Source: Octopus bimaculoides (taxonomy: Eukaryota). Taken from it: 39,932 nucleotides of DNA. This document shows positions 24,901 through 33,678 of the stretch, piece by piece. The position numbers were made by a program, and so were the translations under genes. The stretch is taken from NCBI RefSeq assembly GCF_001194135.2, contig NC_068991.1:35458097-35498028 (forward strand), written 5' to 3'. Below the pieces are notes generated by a model, which was not told the DNA's origin, did not search any database, and worked only from the letters and a program-made list of their open reading frames with translations. How positions within the stretch are numbered: position 1 is the stretch's first letter; each line of letters begins with the position of its first letter.

Positions 24901-25433
24901 ATTGATAGATAAAATAGTAATGTAAGATGGTAAGTAATTTTGGTGTTGTGCCAAGTGCACTAGGAATAATTGTTGTCATAGTCTTCTACAGTCTCTTCAT
25001 CTCTCTGGTTAAGTCCTGAATTTTTTTCAATTTCTTTGGTATCCACTGTGTTATATTGTATTGCAAAATCTATGGTCTTACACTGTTTCTTTTGTCCTCT
25101 ATATGAGGAAATCCCATAAAATTCTGTAATTCTTATTCTTTATCACAACCTCTGGCTCATGTCCATACCAGTTTTCTGTTATTTCAAAGCCACACACTTG
25201 GCTAACATCGCAATGCACTTGGTTACCTGTGCTTACACACTTTTGGTGCTAGCTTATTGCATTCACCATCATCATCACCATCACCATCATTGCTGCTGTT
25301 GTTGTTATTATTAATACCGATAATAATATTATTAATAACATTTTTATTTCAGGACTGTGATATTTCTAGAAATATTCCTGGAAAAGTAAAATTAGCAGCT
25401 CCAAATTTACAAAAACAGAAGAAACAGAAATAA
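865..25433 (+). CDS. NEMF: NEMF/Rqc2 (nuclear export mediator factor; RQC subunit), 3' part of gene, 10 coding exons; 5' exons lie upstream of the window
   Basis: Manual splicing of 865-985, 3338-3394, 4730-4807, 5743-5899, 6974-7032, 11152-11208, 14813-14916, 15394-15437, 22126-22205, 25353-25433 gives one open frame with matching phases. It contains KRGKRNKLKKIKEKYKDQDEEER and [50 protein letters not shown]...SRNIPGKVKLAAPNL, recognised as the NEMF C-terminus (NFACT-C/DUF3441). Confidence 0.96.
1309..1790 (-). mobile_element. RTE-type LINE 3' end with 26-bp tandem array in the 3' UTR
   Basis: Reverse complement resembles 13400-14124: (GAT)n tail, ...agcatggaaaacagatgttaaa, and the ORF-end region. 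About six 26-bp units at 1486-1656. Confidence 0.65.
1986..2362. mobile_element. MITE-like element with ~53-bp terminal inverted repeats
   Basis: 1986-2047 is the reverse complement of 2310-2362 apart from a 9-nt indel and 1 mismatch; no TSD found. Confidence 0.5.
2721..2915 (-). mobile_element. Octopus-type tRNA-derived SINE, 3' half
   Basis: Reverse-complement similarity to the 3' half of the full copy at 29753-30137. Confidence 0.75.
3338..3394 (+). CDS. NEMF: NEMF exon: LPLSTVSSVKQEPLKRGKR
   Basis: ttttag acceptor, gtaagt donor, 57 nt; PLKRGK matches the conserved P.KRG.K motif. Confidence 0.92.
4730..4807 (+). CDS. NEMF: NEMF exon: NKLKKIKEKYKDQDEEERLLRMELLA
   Basis: aag acceptor, gtaagt donor, 78 nt; conserved KK.KEKYKDQDEE.R motif. 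Confidence 0.95.
4915..5381 (+). mobile_element. Tc1/mariner (maT/DD37D-like) transposon 3' fragment, degenerate
   Basis: Frameshifted translation LERVAAG...LLENFYNFTSPDFWP..SPNCNPIDCYVW...EAMVEVEGAYFE*, resembling WPP.SPDLNP.DY.VW; ends in TIR-like caccctg + TA. Confidence 0.75.
5743..5899 (+). CDS. NEMF: NEMF exon: SSGPAKESKKKKKQKDSTPKTQQKLRGHIPEKLKMSTENPVIRQTAELSETT
   Basis: cag acceptor, gtaatt donor, 157 nt, phase 0 to 1; follows LLA as S(A/S)G as in NEMF. Confidence 0.88.
5966..6033 (+). mobile_element. SINE 3' terminal fragment
   Basis: ggcggtgctccagcatggctgcagccaaatggctgaaacaagtaaaagaataa matches the tail of 29753-30137. Confidence 0.7.
6974..7032 (+). CDS. NEMF: NEMF exon: (N)ETNTDEMKTVKGKLPNDNQ
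   Basis: Long pyrimidine tract + tag, gtgaga donor, 59 nt restores phase 1 to 0. Confidence 0.82.
7112..7732 (-). mobile_element. Full-length tRNA-derived SINE interrupted by a second SINE
   Basis: Both halves match 29753-30137 in reverse; split at ctttcagtttc. Confidence 0.8.
7352..7580 (-). mobile_element. Second tRNA-derived SINE family, nested, with 11-bp TSD
   Basis: Minus strand has pol III A/B-box-like tggcaaaacattag / gagttcaaattcc; flanked by ctttcagtttc at 7341-7351 and 7581-7591. Confidence 0.85.
8033..8189 (+). mobile_element. SINE 5' half
   Basis: Matches the head of 29753-30137 (ggttctgggttcagtcccactgc...ccaaagccttgtgagtg...ggaaactgaaagaag). Confidence 0.75.
8218..8661 (+). 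repeat. ~88-bp direct repeat pair (8218-8306, 8576-8661)
   Basis: Shared atattgatgtggtgattaactttacttgtt.gtatagttactactctcatctcttattgagattttac. Confidence 0.9.
8698..9015 (-). mobile_element. Truncated copy of the foldback mariner derivative
   Basis: TIR cgttgtctgatcaataagtatctggac next to TA at 9016; minus ORF MTEKVEQRICIKFCQ...SEAYAK is a mariner HTH start; homologous to 36282-37161. Confidence 0.85.
9041..9590 (+). mobile_element. Penelope-like element 3' remnant with partial tandem pLTRs
   Basis: Direct repeats at about 9054-9152 and 9481-9580 (gttgaagag.gtag.ct..aa..taaaagactttct...ctgtaaatttcaact). The intervening frame ends VLSYFNVLHFGLT, resembling the GIY-YIG C-terminal L.P.GLN motif. 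Confidence 0.5.
9614..10195. other. Assembly gap (N)
   Basis: Run of N inside a NEMF intron. Confidence 1.
10345..10719. repeat. Long hairpin/foldback, ~178-bp arms, 17-nt loop
   Basis: 10345-10522 is the reverse complement of 10540-10719 at roughly 90% identity (by eye). Confidence 0.92.
11012..11063. repeat. (ATT)n microsatellite
   Basis: Direct reading. Confidence 0.95.
11152..11208 (+). CDS. NEMF: NEMF exon: DEESDEDKMDEEDLTQQAT
   Basis: Pyrimidine tract + aag, gtaggt donor, 57 nt; acidic linker preceding the conserved domain. Confidence 0.85.
12621..12931 (+). mobile_element. tRNA-derived SINE, third family, with 13-bp TSD
   Basis: A-box-like tagcttagtggttag; core gttgtgtccttgagcaagacact...cactcagctggcaaaaatg; tatgtctcatata at 12603-12615 and 12945-12957; second copy at 35541-35846. 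Confidence 0.85.
13400..14124 (+). mobile_element. RTE-clade LINE, 5'-truncated 3' end
   Basis: Degenerate VQER.LRWHGHV...EGTCGRGRPRKTWDEV..DL..MG.TE.M...DLWRYAVLEKT*, then 3' UTR and (GAT)n tail. Confidence 0.85.
14336..14512 (+). mobile_element. Possible Penelope-like RT remnant
   Basis: PIISGLLLRHSPPKFLDISNQTIQQFVHTIHDCHD resembles the PLE RT motif RPIISG...S.FLD..LQP.......IKD..D; short and degenerate. Confidence 0.35.
14813..14916 (+). CDS. NEMF: NEMF exon: [34 protein letters not shown](K)
   Basis: cag acceptor, gttagt donor; conserved DSLTG.P..ED.L....V.APY motif. Confidence 0.96.
15394..15437 (+). CDS. NEMF: NEMF exon: [14 protein letters not shown]
   Basis: tag acceptor, gtaaga donor, phase 2 to 1; conserved YKVKL.PG..K.GK. 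Confidence 0.96.
16874..17587 (+). mobile_element. Probable solo LTR
   Basis: Starts TGTAGTGAA and ends TTCACTA(t), inverted termini; CCAAT boxes, TATAAAA at 17118-17124, ~710 bp; no clear TSD. Confidence 0.5.
19531..19834. repeat. Long hairpin, ~147-bp arms, 10-nt loop (possible inverted Penelope pLTRs)
   Basis: 19531-19677 is the reverse complement of 19688-19834; contains CTGAAGA-AGGA ATTGTA TCCT-GAAA-TATC. Confidence 0.92.
19883..21070 (+). mobile_element. Degenerate mariner (DD34D-type) transposon, near full length
   Basis: TIR-like gggcataac.tttttattaactgac / gtcagttaataaaaaagttatgccc. Broken translation has HTH (IIEVLTKE...VHQW.RKF), SGR, VWVP.QLT, KVMVTV, HDDVQSHT (HDNARPH) and KCI..NG.YVE. 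Confidence 0.85.
21667..21890 (+). mobile_element. tRNA-derived SINE (same family as 7352-7580)
   Basis: gtggtgagctggccgaatcattagcac...gagttcaaatgc...gttgactttgcgtttcatc...gatcgataa. Confidence 0.8.
22126..22205 (+). CDS. NEMF: NEMF exon: (A)SKTALTMFSQDKTASSREKDLIKILK
   Basis: tag acceptor, gtaaga donor, phase 1 to 0; matches A.KTAL..F......REKDL. Confidence 0.95.
23162..23460. mobile_element. Truncated copy of the (TAA)n-embedded non-coding repeat
   Basis: Begins after (TAA)n; aligns with 28524-28812. Confidence 0.8.
23538..23705 (+). mobile_element. RTE-type 3' tail fragment with (GAT)n
   Basis: attaggaagggcatcc...tccaacccatgccagcatg...taaataatgatgatg, as at 13970-14124. Confidence 0.75.
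23710..24930 (+). mobile_element. R4/Dong-like non-LTR retrotransposon, N-terminal + RT fragment, degenerate
   Basis: RGYR.QMHREWKE...NEWLLELELEAVKR; NWKAVGPDGVQG.FW; PGWLTKGQ...KDVSKGNAADNYRPISCFPLM; GTKDQLLIDK. Multiple stops and frameshifts. Confidence 0.8.
24935..25265 (-). mobile_element. R4/Dong-like zinc-knuckle + restriction-like endonuclease fragment
   Basis: Minus-strand frames give KLAPK..K.R, CGFEITENWYGHEPEVVIKNKNYRILWDF, KTIDFAI...TKEIEKIQDL.REMKRL, IIPSALG. Confidence 0.7.
25353..25433 (+). CDS. NEMF: NEMF terminal exon: DCDISRNIPGKVKLAAPNLQKQKKQK*
   Basis: cag acceptor; conserved SRNIPGKVK..APNL; TAA at 25431-25433. Confidence 0.96.
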   Translation, partial: DCDISRNIPGKVKLAAPNLQKQKKQK

Positions 25434-25575
25434 TAGTTCCATTCTGAAAATATTTTGTATGACATTTATGGGACATACAAGAGAAAGATAGATATTAAAA
25501 AAAAAAAAAAAAAACAGCAAAGACCTGTTTATGATTCCAATGAAGGTGCTATTGTTGTGTTGTAAAAACAAATAC

Positions 25576-25581
25576 AATAAA
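25576..25581 (+). terminator. Candidate polyadenylation signal of NEMF
   Basis: AATAAA about 140 nt after the stop, followed by U/GU-rich sequence. Confidence 0.5.
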
Positions 25582-26298
25582 CTGTTGCTGCTTTTATTTT
25601 CTTCAACATTTGTTAATTAAAAATACCTCCCACACCATTTAAATAGTGTTATTGTTATTATTGTTTGTTTTATTTCTTTATTTACCTTTCATATTTATAA
25701 TTATTGTGTCAAGAAATTGCCTCACCACTGCCACCACCACCGCCAACAACAACAACAACAAGAATTACAGCATACTGGCTAAATTTTCTGACAAGTTACT
25801 ATCTATTAACTTGAAGTTTTTGTATTCCATCATGTACAGTACAGAATAGTACACAGTCCTTGGCAAAGGCATTTATCTGTTAATAATTCAATCTACTTAG
25901 CTGTAAATATATACCACCATGTGTTGAAGTGTACAGTTTGCCATTATAAAGATTGATGGAAGCTTTATTGTACTGATAAGCATTTTATTGTTTAGTCACA
26001 GGTCACTCCTGATTAAACAGACATGATTAAAGGTATTCCAGCCATGACCATGCCATCTTCTTTTCAGACATAATGTATCATAGATGACACTACTCAATGT
26101 GTCCTTCCAATTTTTGAAAGACAATAGAGTGATTATTTATTTTCTATCATAATTTTTGAACAATACCTATATTGATTATAGGTTTCTACTCGTCACTAGT
26201 TCTATGCACTTCTGATGGCAATCAAAGTAGTGTTCCTAAACTCAATATAAAACAAGCTACTTTGTTTGCAAACATTTAGGTTTATATATGCTTTTACA

Positions 26299-26316
26299 CA
26301 CGCGCACACGCGCGCG

Positions 26317-26350
<34 letters not shown>
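26299..26350. repeat. (CG/CA)n microsatellite
   Basis: Direct reading. Confidence 0.9.
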
Positions 26351-26353
<3 letters not shown>

Positions 26354-26368
26354 GCTTCTGCACCATTT

Positions 26369-26488
26369 TCATCCCCCAAATTCCATTGAAGCTATTTCTC
26401 AGTCCTAGGTTTATAAAGTGCCATGCAGTGGGATTGAACCAGGGGGCTGCATGGTTGTGAAAGGAACCCTTTAACCCTACAGCCATGC
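26369..26488 (-). mobile_element. Degenerate SINE 5' half
   Basis: gtgccatgcagtgggattgaacc...catggttg...acagccatgc is the reverse of the SINE head. Confidence 0.55.
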
Positions 26489-26770
26489 TGAGGGAAATTT
26501 AGCTGTTAAATTGATCAACTATGCAGAAGCTCCTTTGTTAACTTGAAATGATTTGCACTATGTTTAATTCCATATATGGTCAAAACCTCCAATAAATCTG
26601 TAGCACCTTTTAAGGTCATGGAAATTCAAATAACTCTGGCAACACACTTGATTTTCTGATAAATTGTATCAGATAAAAAAAAAACTCATATATTTTAATT
26701 AGTCATTTATATCTACTATATTTTAACACTTACCACATTATATAGAATAATAATAATGATAATATTAATG

Positions 26771-26968
26771 GTTTCAAATTTTGGCACAGGGCCAGCAGTT
26801 GTGGTCGAGGGTGCAAGTTGATTACATTGATCCCAGTGCTTAACTGGTACTTATTTTATTGACCCTGAAAGTATGGAAGGCAAAGTTCAACCGCAGACTG
26901 TAAAGTTGGAAGAAATACTGTGAAGCATTTTGTTTGGTTGCTAACTTTTCTGCCTGCTCACTGCCTTG
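26771..26968 (-). mobile_element. Degenerate SINE (7352-7580 family)
   Basis: cccagtgcttaactggtacttattttattgaccctgaaagtatggaaggcaaag... Confidence 0.65.
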
Positions 26969-27736
26969 TAATAAAAATCCTTTCTAGTATAGGTACAAGG
27001 CTTGAAATTTGTGGGGCAGTGGCTTGTCATTTATATCAACCTCCTAGTAAACAGTGAAGTATCCTCTGGCAAGTAAACGTGAAGTTTATGTATAAATACA
27101 CTCATGGCTATTCGTCACTGCAATAATGTTAACAAATTTAACAGAGAGAGAGAGAGAGAGAGACTGTGACTGTACAGGTTCAGAGAACTAGTGCAAGATT
27201 ACCTAGGCAATACTGGAAACCCCAACTTAACTGTTCCTGAAAGGTTCACAACTGTGAGGCATATGTCCTTAACATTAACAAATCAAAAGGCATTGAGAAC
27301 AGCCTTTAATCAAATAACTCTGACCTTTTTAACAAGTACTCAAGGAAGAGTAGCACTTGGTAATGCTAGAATGAATTATGTCCTGAAGAGAAGGGAAAAT
27401 GGACAACTTGTCACTATGCGATTCATCAAATAACACAGTGGCTCTAGGGAAGTAAACCTTGAAAAATATAACCGGATATTTTGTGCTTGTGAATAGTAGT
27501 AAGCGAGCAATCCAGAGGAACAACTTTGAAAATAAATCAAGCGAATATCAGAAACAACAGATTGAAATCTGGCGCAGCTTAATTACCTCATAAAGAGTCT
27601 CTCCGAACCTTAGTTAGTAATCCAATTAGTTGTGTGTTGTACGAGAGTACGACACTCCCTGGCAAGAATGGACTGGACCACTACATATGAATAGTAGTGG
27701 TCTGAGTAAGTGAGGAAGTTCGTACTAGTTCCACTA

Positions 27737-28042
27737 TAGTTGGTCCATTTAGATCAATCTAAAGCTTTGGATAGGGTAGACCACTCGTCCTTGAGGCGGC
27801 CAGTTTGGCCCGACATTTCATGGCTGAATCAACACTTTATATATCATTTATGGGACGTCCCATATCAACACTTCATATATCAACATCAAGTCGGTAGTTC
27901 GGGTGAACGGTTTCTTTTCAGAGCCGTTCAGTATTGTTCGTCAAAGTTGTCCACTCTCGCCTCTGCGAAGATTGGAGGCGAAGAGTGGAGACCCGCAAGA
28001 TTAAGGGTATGGAAAACAGTCACAGTGTATGCGGACAATGTC
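27737..28042 (+). mobile_element. Tx1/L1-clade RT fragment, degenerate
   Basis: LDQSKALDRVDH; KSVVRVNGFFSEPFSIVRQSCPLSPL (VRQGCPLSP); VTVYADNV (YADD). Confidence 0.8.
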
Positions 28043-28089
28043 CCTGTCCAGGGACCAGGACATACAGAGGGTAGGTGAGGCCCTAATGG

Positions 28090-28520
28090 ATTAGGCGAGA
28101 CGACCAGATATCGTGCTCATCCATAAAGATGGAAAGAAATGAAGATAATAGATGTTGCAGTACTAGACGATTCGAGGGTGAAATGTAAGGAAACAGAAAA
28201 GATTGAGAAGTACCAGCCACTGCAGGTTGAGATAGGAAAGTTATGGGGCATGAGGTAAGTAATGATGATACCGGTGGTAATTGGAGCATTAGGAGCAGTT
28301 TCCAAGGGCTTTGAAAAACATATTAAGAATATTGGAGCTGCTCTCAGGCTCGAGGTGATCCAGAAGACAGCATTGTTGGGTACAGCTCGCATTCTAAGGA
28401 GAGTATTATCTCTTTGAGTCACAGGAGAAGGCACTACTTGAAACCTTTGGTGATTGGTTGTTGCCTGCTTTCAAGTAAAGAATAACTGGTAATCCGAGAG
28501 GTTTTCATAATAATAATAAT
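28090..28520 (+). mobile_element. R4/Dong-like LINE 3' end (RLE domain + 3' UTR + (TAA)n tail)
   Basis: KIIDVAVLDDSRVKCKETEKIEKYQPLQVEIGKLWG...IPVVIGALGAVSKGFEKH...IQKTALLGTARILRRVLSL*, then (TAA)n at about 28508-28522. Confidence 0.88.
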
Positions 28521-28523
28521 AAG

Positions 28524-29078
28524 TACCTTGATGAAGTACCAGGCAGTGGATCTCATGGCTTCTCATCTTAACAGATTGGAAGTGTTATGTACATTGTTTT
28601 GTCTTGGCATAAAAGATGGGCTACAGCAAATATTCTGCTCAATACCACAGATTTGCTTATCGGTTGCTTGATCTTAACCAGTTGAGTATTTCCCTTAGTG
28701 GCTGACGATATGTGCATTTCTGATCATGAGCAGAAGTAGTGTGGGAGCATCATAGTCATGTGTTGAGAGGAATTTTGGGGGGGTTTGAATAATTCATCTC
28801 TGGAAACATGGGTGTTTTGTTCAACATCCTTAAACAAACCTTATTCAAGGACCTTTTGAGTGGGATGGGCTACTCGACCTGAAGAAAAAATTCTAACTGG
28901 GCTCCACCTGCAAGGTCATGCGTTGTTAATCTTGATATGAGATCACCATGTCGCGCACATATGGTTGTGCTGCATGTGCCCGGTGTACTCTTATCAGACG
29001 GGTAGTCATGATGGGTATAATGGGCTTCGTATATTTTACCCCTGTCACTTTGATGACATACACTGCTCTCTCATCAAT
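28524..29078. mobile_element. ~555-bp non-coding interspersed repeat flanked by (TAA)n on both sides
   Basis: Second copy at 23162-23460; TAA arrays at both ends; no ORF or tRNA head recognised. Confidence 0.75.
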
Positions 29079-29752
29079 GATAATAATAATAATGGTTTCA
29101 AATTTTGACACAAGGGCAGCCATTTTGGGAAGGGCTGATACTTATAAAATTTATTTTTAGATAAAAAATGTTGACAATGACTTCAAAGGTGACAGGTGTT
29201 AGGTACTAGATATATGCTTGGGACCCAATTTGTTGGTGGAATATAATTAGTAACTGTAGGAGTGTTGTAAAAAGTAGTAGTCTCTGAAGCAAAGAAAAAA
29301 AAAGTGAACTGAAAAATAGAAATTAATCTTAATAGAGAATTTAATGGACGATGAGAGAAAAAAGAAGAAAATCCCCCTCTCCCCACCAAAAAGTAATAAA
29401 GGAGAAAAATTATTCTAAATTGGAGCTAAAATGTTTTGAATGGGAGAAAAGGAAATAATGATGGTGAAGTAGGGTGGGGTGGAGTGACGGTGGAACATAC
29501 CAAATATAGAATTCCATGGAAAAAATTTTTCTGAGACAAATCTTTTTTTTTTTTTTTTTTTTTTTTTTTGATAAATGTGCTTTAGCTATTTAAATGAAAT
29601 CTGTCATGCGTGGAGCTAAACAAAGATTTATAGAATCTTAAAATACGTACTTAAAAAGTTGACGTAGAACTACTAATTTTATTAATTTCAAATCTTGTCT
29701 ATCATGGTACTTGATAAACAGTCTTTAACATATACATACACATATACATATA

Positions 29753-30137
29753 GGCGCAGGAGTGGCTGTGTGGTAAGTAGCTTGTTTACCAACCACGTGG
29801 TTCTGGGTTCACTCCCACTGCGTGGCATCTTGGGCAAGTGTCTTCTACTATAGCCTCGGGCCAACCAAAGCCTTGTAAGTGCATTTGGTAGACGGAAACT
29901 GAAAGAAGCCCGTCGTATATATATGTGTGCGCGCGCGTGTATGTTTGTGTTTGTCACTCCACCATCGCTTGACAACAGATGTTGGTGTGTTCATGTCCCT
30001 GTAACTTAGCGGTTTGGCAGATAGAATAAGTACTAGGCTTACAAAGAATAAGTACTGGGGTCGATTTGTTCGACTAAAGGCGATGCTCCAGCGTGGCCGC
30101 AGTCAAATGACTGAAGCAAATAAAAGAATAAAAAGAA
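29753..30137 (+). mobile_element. Full-length octopus-type tRNA-derived SINE
   Basis: Head ggcgcaggagtggctgtgtggtaag (A box) and gggttcactccc (B box), central TA/GT tract, tail ...ggccgcagtcaaatgactgaagcaaataaaagaataa. Confidence 0.88.
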
Positions 30138-30204
30138 TACATACATACATGCAGACTTACATACAGATATATAAATCTACGTTCATTTTTATGCATACGG
30201 ATGT

Positions 30205-33200
30205 ATATATGATGATACATGATGGCCGTCCACTTGTGACCAAGGAAGACCATTGCCGACCTTCAGGAACATTGTGCGCTCTAGGACTAACTTATATTTT
30301 GTATTTGCGGCTCTGTTGGTGGCTAATGAGCCCTGCGCTTGACAAGCATACACGACTGCAAACATTGCAGACCAAGCTTTCCTCATTCACTATACGAGCC
30401 GTGCGCTTTCGCGCAGCTCGCTTAAGTTCTTCATGCTGGATACGTGCTCTCTCAAAAGTGTCGATCCCCTCCTTAACCTGCTTCTTCCATCCGTGGCGAT
30501 GACAGGCATTGTTCTCCCAATCAGTGTCCTGCATATCACAGGCCTTTAATGAGGACTTGACACAGTCCNNNNNNNNNNNNNNNNNNNNNNNNNNNNNNNN
30601 NNNNNNNNNNNNNNNNNNNNNNNNNNNNNNNNNNNNNNNNNNNNNNNNNNNNNNNNNNNNNNNNNNNNNNNNNNNNNNNNNNNNNNNNNNNNNNNNNNNN
30701 NNNNNNNNNNNNNNNNNNNNNNNNNNNNNNNNNNNNNNNNNNNNNNNNNNNNNNNNNNNNNNNNNNNNNNNNNNNNNNNNNNNNNNNNNNNNNNNNNNNN
30801 NNNNNNNNNNNNNNNNNNNNNNNNNNNNNNNNNNNNNNNNNNNNNNNNNNNNNNNNNNNNNNNNNNNNNNNNNNNNNNNNNNNNNNNNNNNNNNNNNNNN
30901 NNNNNNNNNNNNNNNNNNNNNNNNNNNNNNNNNNNNNNNNNNNNNNNNNNNNNNNNNNNNNNNNNNNNNNNNNNNNNNNNNNNNNNNNNNNNNNNNNNNN
31001 NNNNNNNNNNNNNNNNNNNNNNNNNNNNNNNNNNNNNNNNNNNNNNNNNNNNNNNNNNNNNNNNNNNNNNNNNNNNNNNNNNNNNNNNNNNNNNNNNNNN
31101 NNNNNNNNNNNNNNNNNNNNNNNNNNNNNNNNNNNNNNNNNNNNNNNNNNNNNNNNNNNNNNNNNNNNNNNNNNNNNNNNNNNNNNNNNNNNNNNNNNNN
31201 NNNNNNNNNNNNNNNNNNNNNNNNNNNNNNNNNNNNNNNNNNNNNNNNNNNNNNNNNNNNNNNNNNNNNNNNNNNNNNNNNNNNNNNNNNNNNNNNNNNN
31301 NNNNNNNNNNNNNNNNNNNNNNNNNNNNNNNNNNNNNNNNNNNNNNNNNNNNNNNNNNNNNNNNNNNNNNNNNNNNNNNNNNNNNNNNNNNNNNNNNNNN
31401 NNNNNNNNNNNNNNNNNNNNNNNNNNNNNNNNNNNNNNNNNNNNNNNNNNNNNNNNNNNNNNCAGACACGAAACTGAAGAGACCGGAAGGAATTAGTTGC
31501 TCTCTGCAACCTGAAAGATATTTCCTCATCCAGGGAGCAGGAACGGCTGAGTGTGCTGCCCAAGTAGACAAACTTGTCTACTACCTTCAGAATTGTTCCT
31601 TCAACCAAGATAGCTGGTTTCACATATAGATTTCCTGGTGCAGGCTGGAACATTACAACAGTCTTGTCCAGGCTAATGCTAAGTCCAAATGCCTTGCAAG
31701 AAGCAGAAATGCAATTCATGAGTATTTGCATGTCATCCACTGTATGAGTAACTAAGTCACAGTCATCTGCATAAAAGAGGTCACGAATAATAGACCGGAG
31801 AACCTTTGAATTGGCAGAAAATCGGCGAAGATTAAAGAGGCGGCCAGAAGATCGATATCTGACATATATTCCCAGAGAGCTAACCTTAGCAAAATCATGA
31901 GTAAAAGCAGTAGCAAAGTACAAAGAAAAGAGAGTTGGGGCAAGGATGTCACCCTGCTTGACACCATTCTCTACAGGAATGGGTCCCTCCATACCACCAC
32001 CAACATTGATCGAAGCCTCTATCCCATCATGAAATGTTTTAATTATAGATACAAAGTGATCCGGACATCCAAGTTTGCCAAGTATTTNNNNNNNNNNNNN
32101 NNNNNNNNNNNNNNNNNNNNNNNNNNNNNNNNNNNNNNNNNNNNNNNNNNNNNNNNNNNNNNNNNNNNNNNNNNNNNNNNNNNNNNNATATCACAGGCCT
32201 TTAATGAGGACTTGACACAGTCCTTAAATCACAGCCTCGGTTTCTGCCGGAGTCTCCTTCCATTCAAAAGTTCTCCATATAACATCTGCTTAAGAATCCT
32301 GCTATCCTTCATTCTAATAAGGTGTCCAGTCCAACGTAACCGGTGCTTGTGCACCATTGCCTCAATACTCAAGATATCAGTTGTCCTCAGGATCTCTGTG
32401 TCTGGAATTTTTGAGGTCCAGCCACCATTGAAAATGTGTCTGAGACATCTCTGATGAAAGCGTTCAAGGACCCTTACCTGGCGTTTGTACAGAGTCCATG
32501 CCTCACATGAGTAGAGGAACGATGTCAGTACACATGCACGGTACACAGCAACTTTTGTTTACCTTGCTATGCCATGCTGGGACCAGACACGAAACTGAAG
32601 AGACCGGAAGGAATTAGTTGCTCTCTGCAACCTGAAAGATATTTCCTCATCCAGGGAGCAGGAACGGCTGAGTGTGCTGCCCAAGTAGACAAACTTGTCT
32701 ACTACCTTCAGAATTGTTCCTTCAACCAAGATAGCTGGTTTCACATATAGATTTCCTGGTGCAGGCNNNNNNNNNNNNNNNNNNNNNNNNNNNNNNNNNN
32801 NNNNNNNNNNNNNNNNNNNNNNNNNNNNNNNNNNNNNNNNNNNNNNNNNNNNNNNNNNNNNNNNNNNNNNNNNNNNNNNNNNNNNNNNNNNNNNNNNNNN
32901 NNNNNNNNNNNNNNNNNNNNNNNNNNNNNNNNNNNNNNNNNNNNNNNNNNNNNNNNNNNNNNNNNNNNNNNNNNNNNNNNNNNNNNNNNNNNNNNNNNNN
33001 NNNNNNNNNNNNNNNNNNNNNNNNNNNNNNNNNNNNNNNNNNNNNNNNNNNNNNNNNNNNNNNNNNNNNNNNNNNNNNNNNNNNNNNNNNNNNNNNNNNN
33101 NNNNNNNNNNNNNNNNNNNNNNNNNNNNNNNNNNNNNNNNNNNNNNNNNNNNNNNNNNNNNNNNNNNNNNNNNNNNNNNNNNNNNNNNNNNNNNNNNNNN

Positions 33201-33678
33201 NNNNNNNNNNNNNNNNNNNNNNNNNNNNNNNNNNNNNNNNNNNNNNNNNNNNNNNNNNNNNNNNNNNNNNNNNNNNNNNNNNNNNNNNNNNNNNNNNNNN
33301 NNNNNNNNNNNNNNNNNATAGCACTTCTCCTGCATCTGTCTTGCTGTGAAAATCATATCCATTGTCCCTTTGAGATTCAGATAGGACATCATTTACGAGA
33401 CACCCATTCAGACGAGTAAGAAGAATATTTGCCAGAACCTTGCCAGCAGCTGATAGTAGAGCAATACCTCTGTAGTTACCACACATTGTTCTGGCTCCTT
33501 TTCCTTTATATAGAGGAAGAATAATTACATCCTTCCAGTCCTTAGGGATTGCACCATCCCTCCAGACTGCACTAATAAGTTCATGAAGGGACTGTGTGAT
33601 GTAATTACCACCAAATCGCAAGACCTCAGCAGAAATTCCATCCTTTCCAGGTGCCCTACCAAGATTCAATTTACTTAT
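30205..33678 (-). mobile_element. RTE-clade (BovB-like) LINE, 5'-truncated, young but disrupted; gapped and duplicated in the assembly
   Basis: APGKDGISAE...NYRGIALLS; GVKQGDILAPTLFSLYF; FYADD; LLYSCEAWT-like; RLRWTGH; C-terminal CNVCSRVCLSSAGLISH. In-frame stops after HGIAR and KPRL, and a deletion after ESQ. Confidence 0.95.

Noticed and set aside
25498-25514. A-run in the NEMF 3' UTR as a poly(A) tail or retrocopy mark
   Set aside because: The gene has introns and no AATAAA precedes the run; it is a genomic homopolymer (an internal-priming risk only).
28524-29078. HDV-like or hammerhead ribozyme in the TAA-embedded element
   Set aside because: Partial stems exist (gcc.tga/tcatggc; gacct/aggtc), but I could not build P2/P3/L3 or find a GAAA partner for CTGA(C/T)GA by eye.
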